Shown piece after piece: positions 39,450 through 51,489 of a DNA stretch of 63,775 bases. The stretch comes from Lama glama (taxonomy: Eukaryota), in NCBI GenBank assembly GCA_028534125.1, contig CM052817.1, positions 28,026,001 through 28,089,775 on the forward strand, in the 5' to 3' direction. Position 1 is the stretch's first letter; every line of letters begins with the position of its first letter. Both the position numbers and the translations under genes were made by a program. Below the pieces are notes generated by a model. The model was not told the DNA's origin and searched no databases. It worked only from the letters and a program-made list of their open reading frames with translations.

Positions 39450-40680
39450 TGGAGATGAAAATTAACTGAAAAATTATTTAAAATGAAAGAATTCAGACTG
39501 ACAGTTTCAATAACAGTCACAAACAAAAATACACAATTTTAGGAAGTATCCATTCACAGTATCTTCATAAAACACATATCTTCTAGGAACAAATCATTAA
39601 AATGGACAGGATTTATTTTAAGAAAACTCTCCCCATCACATGAAAGAAATACCAACAAATGGAGAGAAATACTAAGCTTAAACAACTCAGAATATGAAAG
39701 ATGTCAATTCTCTCAATATAAATCTATGAAATTAATGCAACCCCAGTAAATACCCCAACACATTAACTAGATCCAGTGATGCACTCATTGGTTCAAGTGG
39801 AAAAATAAACATAAAGATAGCCAGGAAAAGTTACAGGAAACAGCAGTGATAAGACAGCTATAAGGATTTTTTTTTATTAATTGTAATAAAGGATTTTGAT
39901 ACTAGGGACCAAAAGAGACAGACCAAAATAGAGAGGGGAGGGAGAGACTGACTCCAGACATGACTCAATTGTGTATATAAATTTAGTATATAAACGAAGC
40001 ACCTCAAACCAGTGCGGGAAGACTAGATTATTAAATATATGGTTATCACGTCAGGTGGATAATAATTTGAGAAAAAAAGATACATCTACCTCATATAACA
40101 AAAGAAATCCCACAGTTATTAAATATGTAAAGATAAAAGATAAACTATAACAGAGAAAAGAGAATGTACTTAACATCTGATAAGCTCTTAAAATTCAATA
40201 CAAGATAATCTTCATAAAGGAACTTACAATGAATAAACAGTTCTGAAAAAAATAGAAATAATTTCTAAACTAATCAAAATGTATTCAACCTAATAAGTAC
40301 AGCAAAGTAAACTTAAAGATTCATTTTTTTGTGCTATATATTCAGAAGGATAAAAACGAAGACACCCAGTGCTGGGGAAGGGGGAGAAAAACAGGCAGGC
40401 TTGTTCATTTTCAGTGGGGGATATAAACTGGTCAAATCTTTCCAGTATTTTTTTACCGTCATTAAAAACAGGTACGTATATTTGCCCCAGAAATCCCTTT
40501 TCTCAAAGATTTTTCTTACAAAGAAATAATCAGGAAAGTGTGCCAAGATGTATAAAAACGCTTATTTGAGAGTGGTTTAAAAACAACAACCTGGAATGAC
40601 CTATACGTCCACCCATAGAGGATTCCTTAGTAAATTATTATTCACTAACATAGAAGTTCTCAGCTGCTGTAAAATTTATG
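39450..40680 (+). mobile_element. Ancient, highly decayed L1 (L1ME-like) ORF2 remnant, approximate bounds
   Basis: A-rich strand with residual ORF2 motifs (aaatggagaga, aagatgtcaattctc...aatgcaacccca, gtgggggatataaactggt). Confidence 0.6.
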
Positions 40681-40764
40681 ATCTATGCATTCAACAAATA
40701 GTTAGTGCCAAGGAGTTCTCTAGGTACTGAGGATATAAGTGGTGACAGTAAACAGCCCTTCCCA

Positions 40765-41040
40765 TAGGGGAAGGTGGTCAAAGGTACAAACTTCCAGTTA
40801 AAAGATAACTAAGTTCTGAAGATGTAATGTACAGGATGGTGAAGTTGCTAAGAGAGTAGATTTTAAAAGTTTTTATCACAGGGAAAAACATTTGAAACTA
40901 TGTAAGGTAATGGATATTAACTACATTTATTGTGGTAATCCCTTTGCAATACTGTATATACAAATATCAAATCATGTACCCCTTAAACTAATATAATGTA
41001 TCAATCATATCTCAATAGAAGTAGAAAAAATAAAATTAAA
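40765..41040 (+). mobile_element. L1MA-type 3' UTR fragment
   Basis: aaggtacaaacttccagtta..agataa..aagttctg..gatgtaatgtacag...gttgctaagagagtagat...tatctcaata, then an A tail. Confidence 0.75.
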
Positions 41041-41801
41041 AATCCCATCCTTCATGGAGTTTATATAAATTATATCTGATAGGCAAGGATGTCCATGAAA
41101 TACTAAGGGGGAAGAAAAAGATTAAAAATAGAGTATGAGCTGATTTTTCTTAACAAATGTATATATTTCTACTCTCCTGCAAAATAGTTGGAAAGGATAT
41201 GGTTATATTTGGATGGCATAATTTGGGGGTGATTTTTACAGTCCTCTTGACACCTCCTTGCAGTGTGAGTTTTTTCCAATAAGCAGGTGTTATTTCTACT
41301 ATCAAGAGAACAAAATTAAGCTCTTCCATTAGAAATAAAGTTCAGAGTCACCCATTCATCTGACAAACATGGTGGGCAACTGGACGGCAGGCAAAGCTGT
41401 CAGTGCAGAGCACACAGCAGTGAACAGATCACGCAAAAAATTGCCCCCTTTGTGATGCGCAGGTTCTAGTAGGAAGGTATCAAACAGGTCTGATTATAAG
41501 GCATTTGTAGGTCATCTCATCGCTAGGTCGTAAGATTCCTTTAATTCAACCAATATCTGAGCTCCTAACTCCACTCCAGGCAATGTCCTCGGTTAGCAGC
41601 ATATCAGTAAATAAAACAGACAAAACCCCCTGCTTTTAGGGAGGATAAAGTCTCCACCCAGAGGATGAGAGCATGGAAAGATGTGGGTTCTAGCGAAGAG
41701 TGAAGTGAAACTGTTGCCTTTACATTTACATTCTAATGAAACCGTGTGGATAGAGAGCCAGGCAGCCGACATTTCACCAACTTCAAAAGTACACTCTGAT
41801 C

Positions 41802-42158
41802 AAGGGGGCGGGGGCTGGGAAGGGACAGATTGGGATTTCAAAATGCAGAATACATAAACAAGATTATACTGTATAGCACAGGGAAATGTATACAAGATCT
41901 TATGGTAGCTCACAGAGAAAAAAATGTGACAATGAATATATATACATGTTCATGTATAACTGAAAAATTGTGCTCTTCACTGGAATTTGACACAACATTG
42001 TAAAATGATTACAATTCAAAAAATGTTAAAACAAAAAAAAACCTAGTGGACATGAAAACATTATAAAAACCTTTCTGAAATGTGATTCAATTTTCACATA
42101 AAGTCTTGAAAGTGCTCTTACCCAGATTCATTTTCAGAAATATCGATCAATTAAAAAA
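41802..42158 (+). mobile_element. Young L1 3' UTR plus ~110 bp of extra sequence and a second A tail, within a 17-bp TSD
   Basis: 41802-42041 is near-identical to the 3' UTR at ~34085-34324. TSD aaaagtacactctgatc at 41785-41801 and 42159-42175. Confidence 0.9.
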
Positions 42159-42790
42159 AAAAGTACACTCTGATCTATGCCAACGTTTCTATGGCTATAA
42201 GGTAGGCACCTGATTTATTTCTCATTATTTTTGAAATGATATAATGAAAAAAATGAATGATGCACTATAGATTAAAAAACCTAAAATAAATACATTCTGC
42301 CACAGTTATTATCTTGATTACGCGGAGCAAAATGACATGCATTGGGGATTCTCAAATGTTGATCACATGAAGCACCACCATGCTCACACACCTTCTCTCA
42401 CTCACAGTGCCAAGTCAGTTAGAAGTCTTTAACTCATTTCCACATTTCCTATGGGGTCTCCTTCAGTCACCACACCTTTCTGTCCCACCATCCAATTAGC
42501 TGGCACACAGCAGGTACATAATACATTCTTGCTAAAGGAACAAAAGACCTTAGTCATCTTTTACCTTAACAAATAGTCTAAAATTTTCCTTTGAACAATC
42601 CTTTAAGAAAATTACCTTAATGCTCATTTTGTCATCTTTGACGTAAATGAAACGTAGTACTCTTTATAATTGCAAACATTTTAAAGGTACCATTTACACA
42701 GACGAGTTGAGGAAAACAATCCCTAGGACAACTCCTAAATTTATCACTTCACACACGTTTTACATAATCAAATGAGTGTCTTACATTTTA

Positions 42791-42835
42791 AATCTTTTTT
42801 TTTTCTTTTTTTGGAGGGGGCACCCGGATATGAAA
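42791..42835 (-). pseudogene. Retroposed 3' fragment of mature tRNA-Cys(GCA) with CCA, poly(A) and TSD
   Basis: The minus strand reads TTCATATCCGGGTGCCCCCT-CCA-AAAAAAGAAAAAAAAAA. Mammalian tRNA-Cys-GCA ends GGTTCAAATCCGGGTGCCCCCT(+CCA), from recall. TSD tgtcttacatttta at 42777-42790 and 42836-42849. Confidence 0.8.
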
Positions 42836-42896
42836 TGTCTTACATTTTAGCATCATGATTCAGCAGAAGAAAACGCAACCCACTGGACAGGTATGT

Positions 42897-42925
42897 TGTG
42901 TGTGTGTGTGTGTGTGTGCGCGCGC
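42897..42925. repeat. (TG)n(CG)n microsatellite
   Basis: tgtgtg...tgcgcgcgc read directly. Confidence 0.95.
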
Positions 42926-45900
42926 ATTTCCTTAGTTTTGAACAATTCAATGGTCATTATTTTGTAAATTACGAGCTCTAGAACATCTCTTTTATTCCAG
43001 CCAGAGCTTCTGACAATCTGAGTATCTCATGGTGACTGTGTCTATCCCACGATTATTTTTCCTTTTTCCCTTAGGAATAAAACACTGAGTACTGGACCCG
43101 TTAGAAAACTTCATTTCCCAGCTTCCCTTGCAGAGGGAGCCAACGCAAAATTAGCATTCATCTTTGTGTGGTATTTCCAGGGAAACCTTTTGGTCTCTCA
43201 GCCTTCCTTTTTTTTCTACCTGGAAGTCTGACACAATGGCTGGAACGTCAGCAACAGGCTATGATTTTATGGAAATTATACGCTCAGGTGGGGGAAGCAG
43301 AAAGGCATAAGGAGCCCATGTTGCTTATGACTCTAGGCAGTGGGCCTAGCTGACCCGGGCTGCCTCCACGTTAGTTTTACAAGAGTGAGAAAAACTCTGT
43401 TTTGTGTAATCTCAGTCTCTGTTTCTAGCATTCCTAAGGACCTATTTGAATTAGCTGGAGTAGAAGTGAAGAGATCTACAATTCTTTATCTACAATGCTT
43501 TATCTAATCTTGCTTCCTGGCCAATTTATCTACTATTAGGGTTCCAACTATTACCTCTGAACTTCAGATTCCCATTTGGTTTTTCCCACATCGAACCTCC
43601 AAATTTCTAAATAACCTCAAAACATACCAATTTGGATGTCCCACAATTCAAAATTTATTGTCTTGACCCTCCTTCTCAATTTCCTTATCTTTTAATAGAT
43701 TTTCCCAGTTAACCAGGTTCAAGACTGTAAAGCAAGTTTCTTAAAACGTGTTTCACCTGCACCAGAATACTCTGGGCAGCTTATTAGGAATGCAGCCCCA
43801 CAGCAGATCTACTGAACAGAATCTTTATGAGCCAGCCCAGGAAATTGCAGTTTTAGTGAGATACCCGGGATCTTGTAACATTAAAATTTGAAATTATTGC
43901 TTGAGAATTTCCTTTTATTTAATCTATCTCATGCAATATATTCACTACATCACTATGTCCTACGATGTGAGCCTTGTGACCTCATTTCCTACCATTCTCC
44001 CTCTCCCTGTTCCTTTAACACTCGAGTCTCTCCTTCCTTGGGGCCTCTACCTGGAAGATACTTCCCCAGATTCCCACCAGGCTAACCCCTTCACCTCCTC
44101 TACATCAACTTTTCAATGAAGGCTAGCCTATCCAACCTATTTAAAATTAAAATTCATCCATGAACCTTACACATCTTACCTTCTCCCATTTTCCCCATAG
44201 CATTTACCACATACATTCTATGATTTGCTAATCTTGTGTTTGCTTTGTCTCTTGCCTCACTAAAACATGAGCACCTCCAGGGCAGGGTCTTTTCTATTTA
44301 TCTGTTCAGTGATGTACCTGGAGTATCTAGAACAGTGCTGATAGGACTTCAACAGATAGCTGTCGGATGAGTTCATGATTTACTGAGAAATAGCTCTAGT
44401 TTCTGTCTTCCCCCTCCAATACTAACACTGGCCTTTGTCATTTTTAGACCTTTAAAAACACAACAACAACAACAAAAACCCAGTAGAGTCTATCTGCAGT
44501 GTCATTCCTTCCAGACCATCCAACACACTTCCAGGCTTATCTTCCTAAGATTCTTCTTTGGAGATGCCACTCCCCTATAATGATGTGGCTCCTAACTGGC
44601 CCAGTTAGAGATATACACGGGCATCATGCTTGAATGAGAAATTGGATGAGATGAACTCTAAGATGCTTTTCAAATATTCAATTCAATATCCAAATGACTC
44701 ATCTTGGCATTTAAAATGCTCTGTAATCATCCAAATTTACATCATATTCCTTTCAAGTTTCCCTCTGCTCCTGGCCAATTTCCTTAAGAACTCTCAAATA
44801 AGCCACACTCACTTTCACCATTTTTTCAGTTGGTTACCTTCAACGCCCTCCTGACTACTGAAATAGATGGCAGTAACTTGGAACCTTTGAACCTGGGTAC
44901 CCGGACTGACCTGCAGGCCAGCATCATCCAGCATTACCTGTGAGCTTGTCAGAAATGCATCTCCAGCCATACCGATTTAGAAGTTGCATTGAGCAAGATT
45001 CCCAGGTGACTTGTGTGCACCTTAAAGTTTAAGAAGCCTTGTGTGAGCACTCACTTCAAATCGTTTCCTCAATGGGAAGTCTGCGCAGCAGGCCTCCTGT
45101 TCCTATGTCTTGATCTTCCACAGGTCTTTGTTAACCATAGCAAGCATGTCATTTAATTAATAACATCCCTTCTTAGACTATTTATTTTTTATTTCATGGA
45201 AGTCCTTTCTCCCTAATTTGGTTGTAAATAACTTGCACATAGAATAGCCCTGCATCTGGCCAACCTGGATAGAGGGAAGGGAAACCCATTCAAGTTACTT
45301 CAAGGGAAAAAAGAACCTGTTCTAAGGCTACCTGGGAACCAGGACTAGAAGAGTCAGGGAGGGAGATGCTCCAGGGTCTGGCCACCCTCTCTCAGCATCT
45401 GTGTCTCTGCCTCACTCTCTCCATCCAGTCCATTGTCTCTCCTCTCTCTCCCTGTTCACGCAGTTTCTGCTTCTCATATCAGCAGCACGTGCATGACCCA
45501 TCACAGCTAGCTGTTCTCCCCCACTCCCAGCCTATTCTTCTCTGCCCCTTTGCACTTCCACTTCTACTCTCTGAGCTTCACTTTTCCCATGAGAGACATA
45601 ATCATCACAGAGCATCTTTCTGAGCCAAGTCACCAGGTTACAAGTGTCTGAGATACCTGTGGATTGTCTGCCCTTGGGTCAGAAGCCTACCCTGGTCCAA
45701 GCAACTGGTGTCAAGGGGCATGTAGTTCAGAACAAGGCTCTTTAGGCAGCAGGTCAAAAGAGACTATTTCTTAGGAAAGAAAAGTGTGGGCAGAGCAGGC
45801 AATGAGCCACATCACCAGCCCACAGAATCATTATTTATGTTGTCCTCACCACAGTCCTGAGCAAAATGCTGAGCACATAATAAACTGAAACCAACCAATA

Positions 45901-46284
45901 TGGGAGGAAGGGTTGTTCACCAAGTGCTACTATGCCCCTGGCGCTGTGCTGGAAGCACAGGGAGTGGGAACAGTCTGCTGACGGTTTTAATAGTCTTAAA
46001 TAAGACGATCTAAAGTCATATTTTAATTAAAAAATAAAGTCATGCTTAACTTATTTAATAGTCTTAAACAAGAAACAGTTATTGTTTCCCCAGAGCTCCT
46101 AATTCAAATGTGTCACTGGCCTAGCTACTTGACCTTGGACAAGTTATCTCAACCACCTGGGCCACAGCTTCCTCAACTGACAGATGGAGCATCTTCACCA
46201 ACCTCCAGAATACGATAAGGTCCTGTAAGGTAACCCTTCTAAAAAAGCTTTAAAAAAATACACATGCTATATTCAATTTCTTGT

Positions 46285-46420
46285 AATGAGCTATAATGGA
46301 AAAGAATCTGAAAAAAAATAAACGTATGTGTATGTATAACTGAATTGCCTTGCTGTACACCTGAAACTAACATTGTAAATCGACTACACTTCTATAAAAA
46401 ATAAGAATTAAAAAAAAAAA
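46285..46420 (+). mobile_element. Short L1 3' end
   Basis: ctataatggaaaagaatctgaaaaa...tgtataactgaat..tgctgtacacctgaaactaacattgtaaatcgactacacttc, then an A tail. Confidence 0.85.
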
Positions 46421-46615
46421 TACTGTAGCCTCTCAACACAACAAAACCCTCTCAAATGGCACAGGTTTTACATTGCTTTTTGTTCCTGTCTCTTTTCCCA
46501 TTTCCCACAATACAGAATCCAACTGCTACCATTGGACAGAACAATCCCAACTATTACCACTATATGTTCATTACTTGTGTGGCTCATTCAAATGATGATT
46601 AAGGAAATTCATTCA

Positions 46616-47808
46616 CTATTATCAAAAAGACAACAAATAACAAGTGTTGGCAAGGACATGGAGAAAGGGGAACCCTTGTGCATTGTTGGTGGAAGTGTAA
46701 ATTGGTGCAGCCACTATGGAAAACAGTATGGAGGTTCCTCAAAAAATGAAAAATAGAACTACCATATGATCCAAAAATTTCTTTCTGCATATTTATCCAA
46801 AGAAAACAAAAACACGAATTAGAAAAGATACATGTATCACTATTTTCACTGCAGCATCATTTATAATAACCCAGATATGGAAACAACCTAAGTGCCCATC
46901 AAGAGATGAATAAATAAAGATGCAAGTGTGTGCATGTGTGCGTAAAATGGAATATTACTCAACCAAAAAAGGAATGAAATCCTGCCATTTGTGACAACAT
47001 GGATGGACCTAGAGGGTATTATGCTAAGTGAAATAAGTTAGAGAAAGACAAATACTGAATGATTTCACTTATACGTGGAATCTAAAAAACAAAAGTAATG
47101 AACAAACATAACAAAAGAGAAACAGGCATAAATACAGAGAACAAATAGTGGTTGCCATTGGGGATAGGGGTGAGGGGATGCAAGGAATAGGTGAGGAAGA
47201 TTAAGAGGTACAAACCTCCGGTTTCAAAATATATGAGTCACAGGTATGAAATGTACAGTGTGGGGAATATAGTCAATAATTATGTAAGACCTTTGTATGG
47301 TGAAAGATGATAACTAGACATGGTAATCATTTTGCAATGTATTGAAATACTGAATTGCTATGTTGTGTAACTGGAACTAACAGTGTTGTAGGTCAATTAT
47401 ACTTCAAAAACAAACAAACAAACTCATAGAAAAAGATCAGATTTGTGGTTACCACAGGTGGGGTGTAAGGGGAGGGGAAACTGAATGAAGAGAGTCAAAA
47501 GGCAAAAAGTTCCAGTTATAAGATAAGTAAGTACTAGGGATGTAATGTATAACACGATACATATAATTATGTTTATATACAAAATTTGTATGTTATACAT
47601 GAAATTTGCTGAGAGCAAATCTCAAGAAAATTTTTTCTATATCTTTAATTTTGTATCTGTATGAGTTGATGGATGTTCACTAAATTTAATATGGTAATCA
47701 TTTCATGATATATATAAGTCAAATTATCATGCCGTACACCTTAAACTTACACAATGTTGTATGTCAATTATATTTCAATAAAACTGGAAGAAAAGATAAG
47801 AAAAAAGA
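46616..47808 (+). mobile_element. L1 (ORF2 end + long L1MA-type 3' UTR) with TSD
   Basis: caacaaataacaagtgttggcaaggacatggagaaaggggaaccc... ending tcaataaaactggaag plus an A-rich tail. aaattcattca repeated at 46605-46615 and 47809-47819. Confidence 0.88.
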
Positions 47809-49153
47809 AAATTCATTCATTTCAGAAGCATAAAAAAGAATACATTTTTACTGTGTACGTTTTAAAATAACAGTACCATTTATTCAAATGTGCATCCCAA
47901 ACTGTAATGCCCTGTGTATTTTTTCATTATATTACAGATAACAGTAAGTACATACTAAATTCCTAAGTAGGACACAGGTTAGTTTTGACTCGTTGTGGCC
48001 TTTTCCCCACAACAGTTATTGAGTATTTCCTAAGTGCCATAATCAGAAAACCATAGCTATTAGAGCCTAGAGCTCCCTTTTTAACATGGGGACTCTGAGG
48101 AAGGAAAATAATAACATGGTCTGCCTCGAACCCCTGCAATTCGATTCTTCTAACTTCCATTTATTATTATGCTTTCTAAAACCACTTTGACACTTGTCAA
48201 ATATTAAAGGGTGAAGTTGGGGAGGCGTGTAGGGGTGAAGGATGGACATCACTGCTGATGGCAAGACAGATTAGTTCATAAAATATGTTACGCCACCCTT
48301 TGCAGGATTCAAACATGGGTTTATGGGAGAGAAAACAAAAGAAAACAAAACTCGAGATATGTATAATCTTGGCTTTGTCGTGACCAAAATGAAAAAAATA
48401 TTTACCAGGTGACTGTCACATGCTGGGCAGGATGCCGAGGGCTCCTCGGAGAGGATGAGGAGCATCTCGACCCTCCAAAAGCTTACTTCCCTTTACCCTC
48501 GGGCATCTGTTGCTCATTGCTGACAAGTGTAGCCATTCAACAGCTGGTCCCGGGTGGAGCAAAGAAAACAGCTTCCACCTTGCTAAAAAGTCAGCTCACC
48601 TGGCCAAAGCGCAGCTAATCAGGCGAAGGGAAAAACGAAAACAAAACCTCTGACACTTGAGACGGCAGCTGGGTGAGACTCGGCTGCAGGAGGCAGAACT
48701 GCAGAGACTAACGCACAGCACACGCCGAGCGCCCAACCCCAGCGACGGCTCCTCTAGCTAGGAGGGGCGAGGGGCTGTGGATCAAAGAATCCTGCAGCCT
48801 GGGAAGAGCAAATCCGCTTCTCAGGGAGCCGTGCTGTGGGGGCTGCACTCGGGTGGGCGGCGGGTTGGGGATGTGCTCCCTAGAATGAAGAAGCAGAGTG
48901 GAGACAGGGAGGTTCGTGCTCTAGTGGAGAGGGAGGTGGGCAGGGCGAGCGCTCGGTGACAGACCGAAGAGTCACGCTGCAGTGTAAAGCGAGCCTTGGG
49001 AATCCCGCCGAGGACACCAATTCCGTAGCTCTGCAGCTGGGAAGGGGTCTGCCAGGGCACCGAAAGCGGCTCTGGGAGAAGGGTTCACTAGGGATCAGTC
49101 GCGACAGCTAGACTTTCCTTGGGGGAGAGGTGGGACGGGGGATCTCTTCCCCG

Positions 49154-49181
49154 ACACACACACACACACACAAACACACAC
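49154..49181. repeat. (CA)n microsatellite at the start of intron 1
   Basis: acacacacacacacacacaaacacacac read directly. Confidence 0.95.
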
Positions 49182-49257
49182 CGCCCGACCCCAGGCTGGC
49201 TCCAAGCCGTCCCCGCGCGCGCTCTCCACCCAGCCCCGTGCTGCGGCGGCCACTCAC

Positions 49258-49306
49258 CCTCCGCGCGGGAGCGGATCTCCGACACGGTCCTCCGCATGGT
49301 GGGCAT
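49258..49306 (-). CDS. ATP8A1: ATP8A1 coding exon 1 (MPTMRRTVSEIRSRAE-), phospholipid-transporting ATPase IA
   Basis: ATG at 49306; 49 nt ending GCGGAGG|gtgagt (consensus donor); recognised ATP8A1 N-terminus. Confidence 0.97.
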
Positions 49307-49655
49307 CCCGGCAGCCGCCGCAGGTGGGTCTTCCGACCAGACTCTGCACCTGTCACGGCGCCGCGCCGAGCGCTCAGCAGCCGCGCGGGCCCAGCCGTCC
49401 GCCTAGAGCTGCGCCGCCGGTGCCGGCGCGGCCCTACCGCACCAGCAGGAGGAGGAAGAGGCAGCGAAGGTGGCGGCGACCGCAGAACTGGGCGAGCGCA
49501 GCCTGCAGCCGCGGAGGGGGCGGCCCGGGGAGGGGCGGAGCTCGGACGCCGGCGCCGGGGGAGGGGTCGTCGGAGCGCGCGCTCACTCGCTCCCGCGGAA
49601 GCGCGGCCGGGAAGGCGGGAGAGGGGCGGGGAGATACCTGGGAGAGCCCCCTCCG

Positions 49656-49685
49656 CCCCGCCCCGCCCCGCCCCGCCCCGCCCCG
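49656..49685. repeat. (CCCCG)6 pentamer array
   Basis: Six exact ccccg units upstream of exon 1. Confidence 0.95.
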
Positions 49686-51414
49686 CTATGGACCGTACCA
49701 CCCCTGCGGTGGGGGGGGGGGAGATCAGCTACCGGCTTCTGGGCTCCGCCCAGCGGCTTCGGCTCGACCTGTCCTTCGTCAACACCTTCGCGATTCTCCC
49801 CTCTTAGCCGGAGAGGAAGGGGTGTTCTAGCTCCTGCGTCCTTGGACATCCCCTCTCGCCACCCTCTGGTTTTAATAACAGTGGAGTCGCCCGTGGTCGG
49901 AAAAGTGGGGTTGGGTCTGAGTGGGCGGGAGAGAGGCCAAAGGGCCGGGGGTGACGGGGGTTAAGGGCTGGCTTGGGCAGGGACAGGGGACCGCGTGTTC
50001 GCCGCCTGGCAGCCCTCCCTGCGCCGCTGGCAGCCCTCGGGGCCTGAGCCACTCTTGCTTCCTCGCGTGGCCCACGAGCAACAGGCTCTGAGGTCGCGGC
50101 TCCCCGGGCGCCGGCGCTTCTCCTGCCCGGGGTGCTCGCGTGCGTCAGGGGCCGGCCTGCGAGTGGGGCCGGCGCCTCCCGCCCGTGCGTGTTGTGCAGC
50201 CTGCGCAAGCTGTGGACTTGAAATAAAATCAACTGTTGGGTCAGGTGCTTCAAAAAGGACTTTGTTGTTTTGGGTTTTCGGTTTTAGTCAAACCTGCAGG
50301 AAGTTGGGGGCAGTAGTTTTACCTGAGAAAGGGAGAGGAATCCTAGTATAAAATCCATCTAAGTACAGTAAATTTTCCTTTGCTTCACACCCTAGAGATA
50401 ATCACAACCTTGTTGCCTTTTATTTTGTGTACAGAGATCTATGCTAACAAGTTATCAAAGCAAGTTCCGTGTTTTTTATTTATCGCTTATTTCGTCTTTA
50501 AGTTATGTAAGTTTTTATGTATTTTCTGATGGGTGGCTCAGATGGCAAGAAAGGAATAAATTAAATTAGAAGCAATTTGCTTCTTCCCTCATCTTATGCT
50601 CTTCCTCCAGCACTAGATGGAAGAGCCTTACATGGAGGCCTTTTATGTAAACAGCTTTCAGGTTCTTAGGGGAGAGATCTGCACAGGCTTGAACAGAGAG
50701 AGAAGTGATTATTCCCAAGCCTCATGTAAAAATAAAATAAAACCTGCTAATAGCATCTTATCTCTATTTGTGGTATTTCCTCTGCCTCCTGCAGGTAGCA
50801 TTTGCTAATCAGCACCCTGCCCTACATTAATATTGAGTCAGGCAGTCGATGCATATTTATGAAGAACCCCCTCTACTTGGCTCTGATTCAGAGGCTGGGG
50901 TTAGAACAAAGAAAATGTATTTCCAGTGTTCATGAAACATTGCAGGATAGAGCAGGTCTCAGATAAATGTGTTTGTTTCAGTGATGGTCTTGATTTGTAA
51001 GTACGGTCTTCTAAAAGTAGGAAATGAACATACGGCCTTTTTAGGACAGTCATCACGGGCACTTTTTATTCCTTCCAGGTCCAGGATCTCCTTGTACAAA
51101 GCAGACTTCCTCTGGCTCGATGAACATGAGTCTGAAAAAAAGTAAAAGGGTAAGTGCAACAAGGAAATTAAAAAAAAAATCAGCTTTAAAATTTAGTGAA
51201 CAGAAACCATAGAAAATGCAGTTCTTTTACTGTTAACAATTTAGGCATAATTGTGTATAAAGCCAGAACCAGTTTTTTTTCAAAGTCTGTGCACAGCAGC
51301 ATGAATATTTCATGTATGGCAATCACCTTTGTAATTCCTATGGGCCCTCCAATGAAGTTCAATTCTGCTTATTTGCAAATAATAATTAACTGAATGGAGT
51401 TCCAGAGATAATAT

Positions 51415-51489
51415 CGATACTGGGAATTGAACCCAGGACCTCGTGCATGCTAAGCATGCGCTCTACCACTGAGCTATTATACACTCCCC
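51415..51489 (-). mobile_element. tRNA-derived SINE (Vic-1-like) head
   Basis: actgggaattgaacccaggacctcgtgcatgctaagcatgcgctctaccactgagcta. Confidence 0.85.

Larger units (their letters stand above)
48660..50220. promoter_or_regulatory. ATP8A1: CpG-island promoter of ATP8A1 with multiple GC boxes
   Basis: Abrupt GC- and CpG-rich block surrounding exon 1. GGGGCGG boxes near 49516-49540 and 49623-49630, plus a (CCCCG)6 array. Confidence 0.93.

Noticed and set aside
42812..42829. Retroviral primer-binding site for tRNA-Cys (tggagggggcacccggat)
   Set aside because: No LTR ending in CA precedes it. A poly(T) tract and TSD indicate LINE-type retroposition instead.
47130..47560. Duplicated module in an L1 3' UTR
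   Set aside because: All inside one TSD pair; probably part of the subfamily consensus rather than a local event.
49108..50351. Multiple overlapping 90-225 aa ORFs on both strands
   Set aside because: GC-rich CpG-island sequence lacks stop codons. The Arg/Pro/Gly/Ala-rich translations have no recognisable domain.
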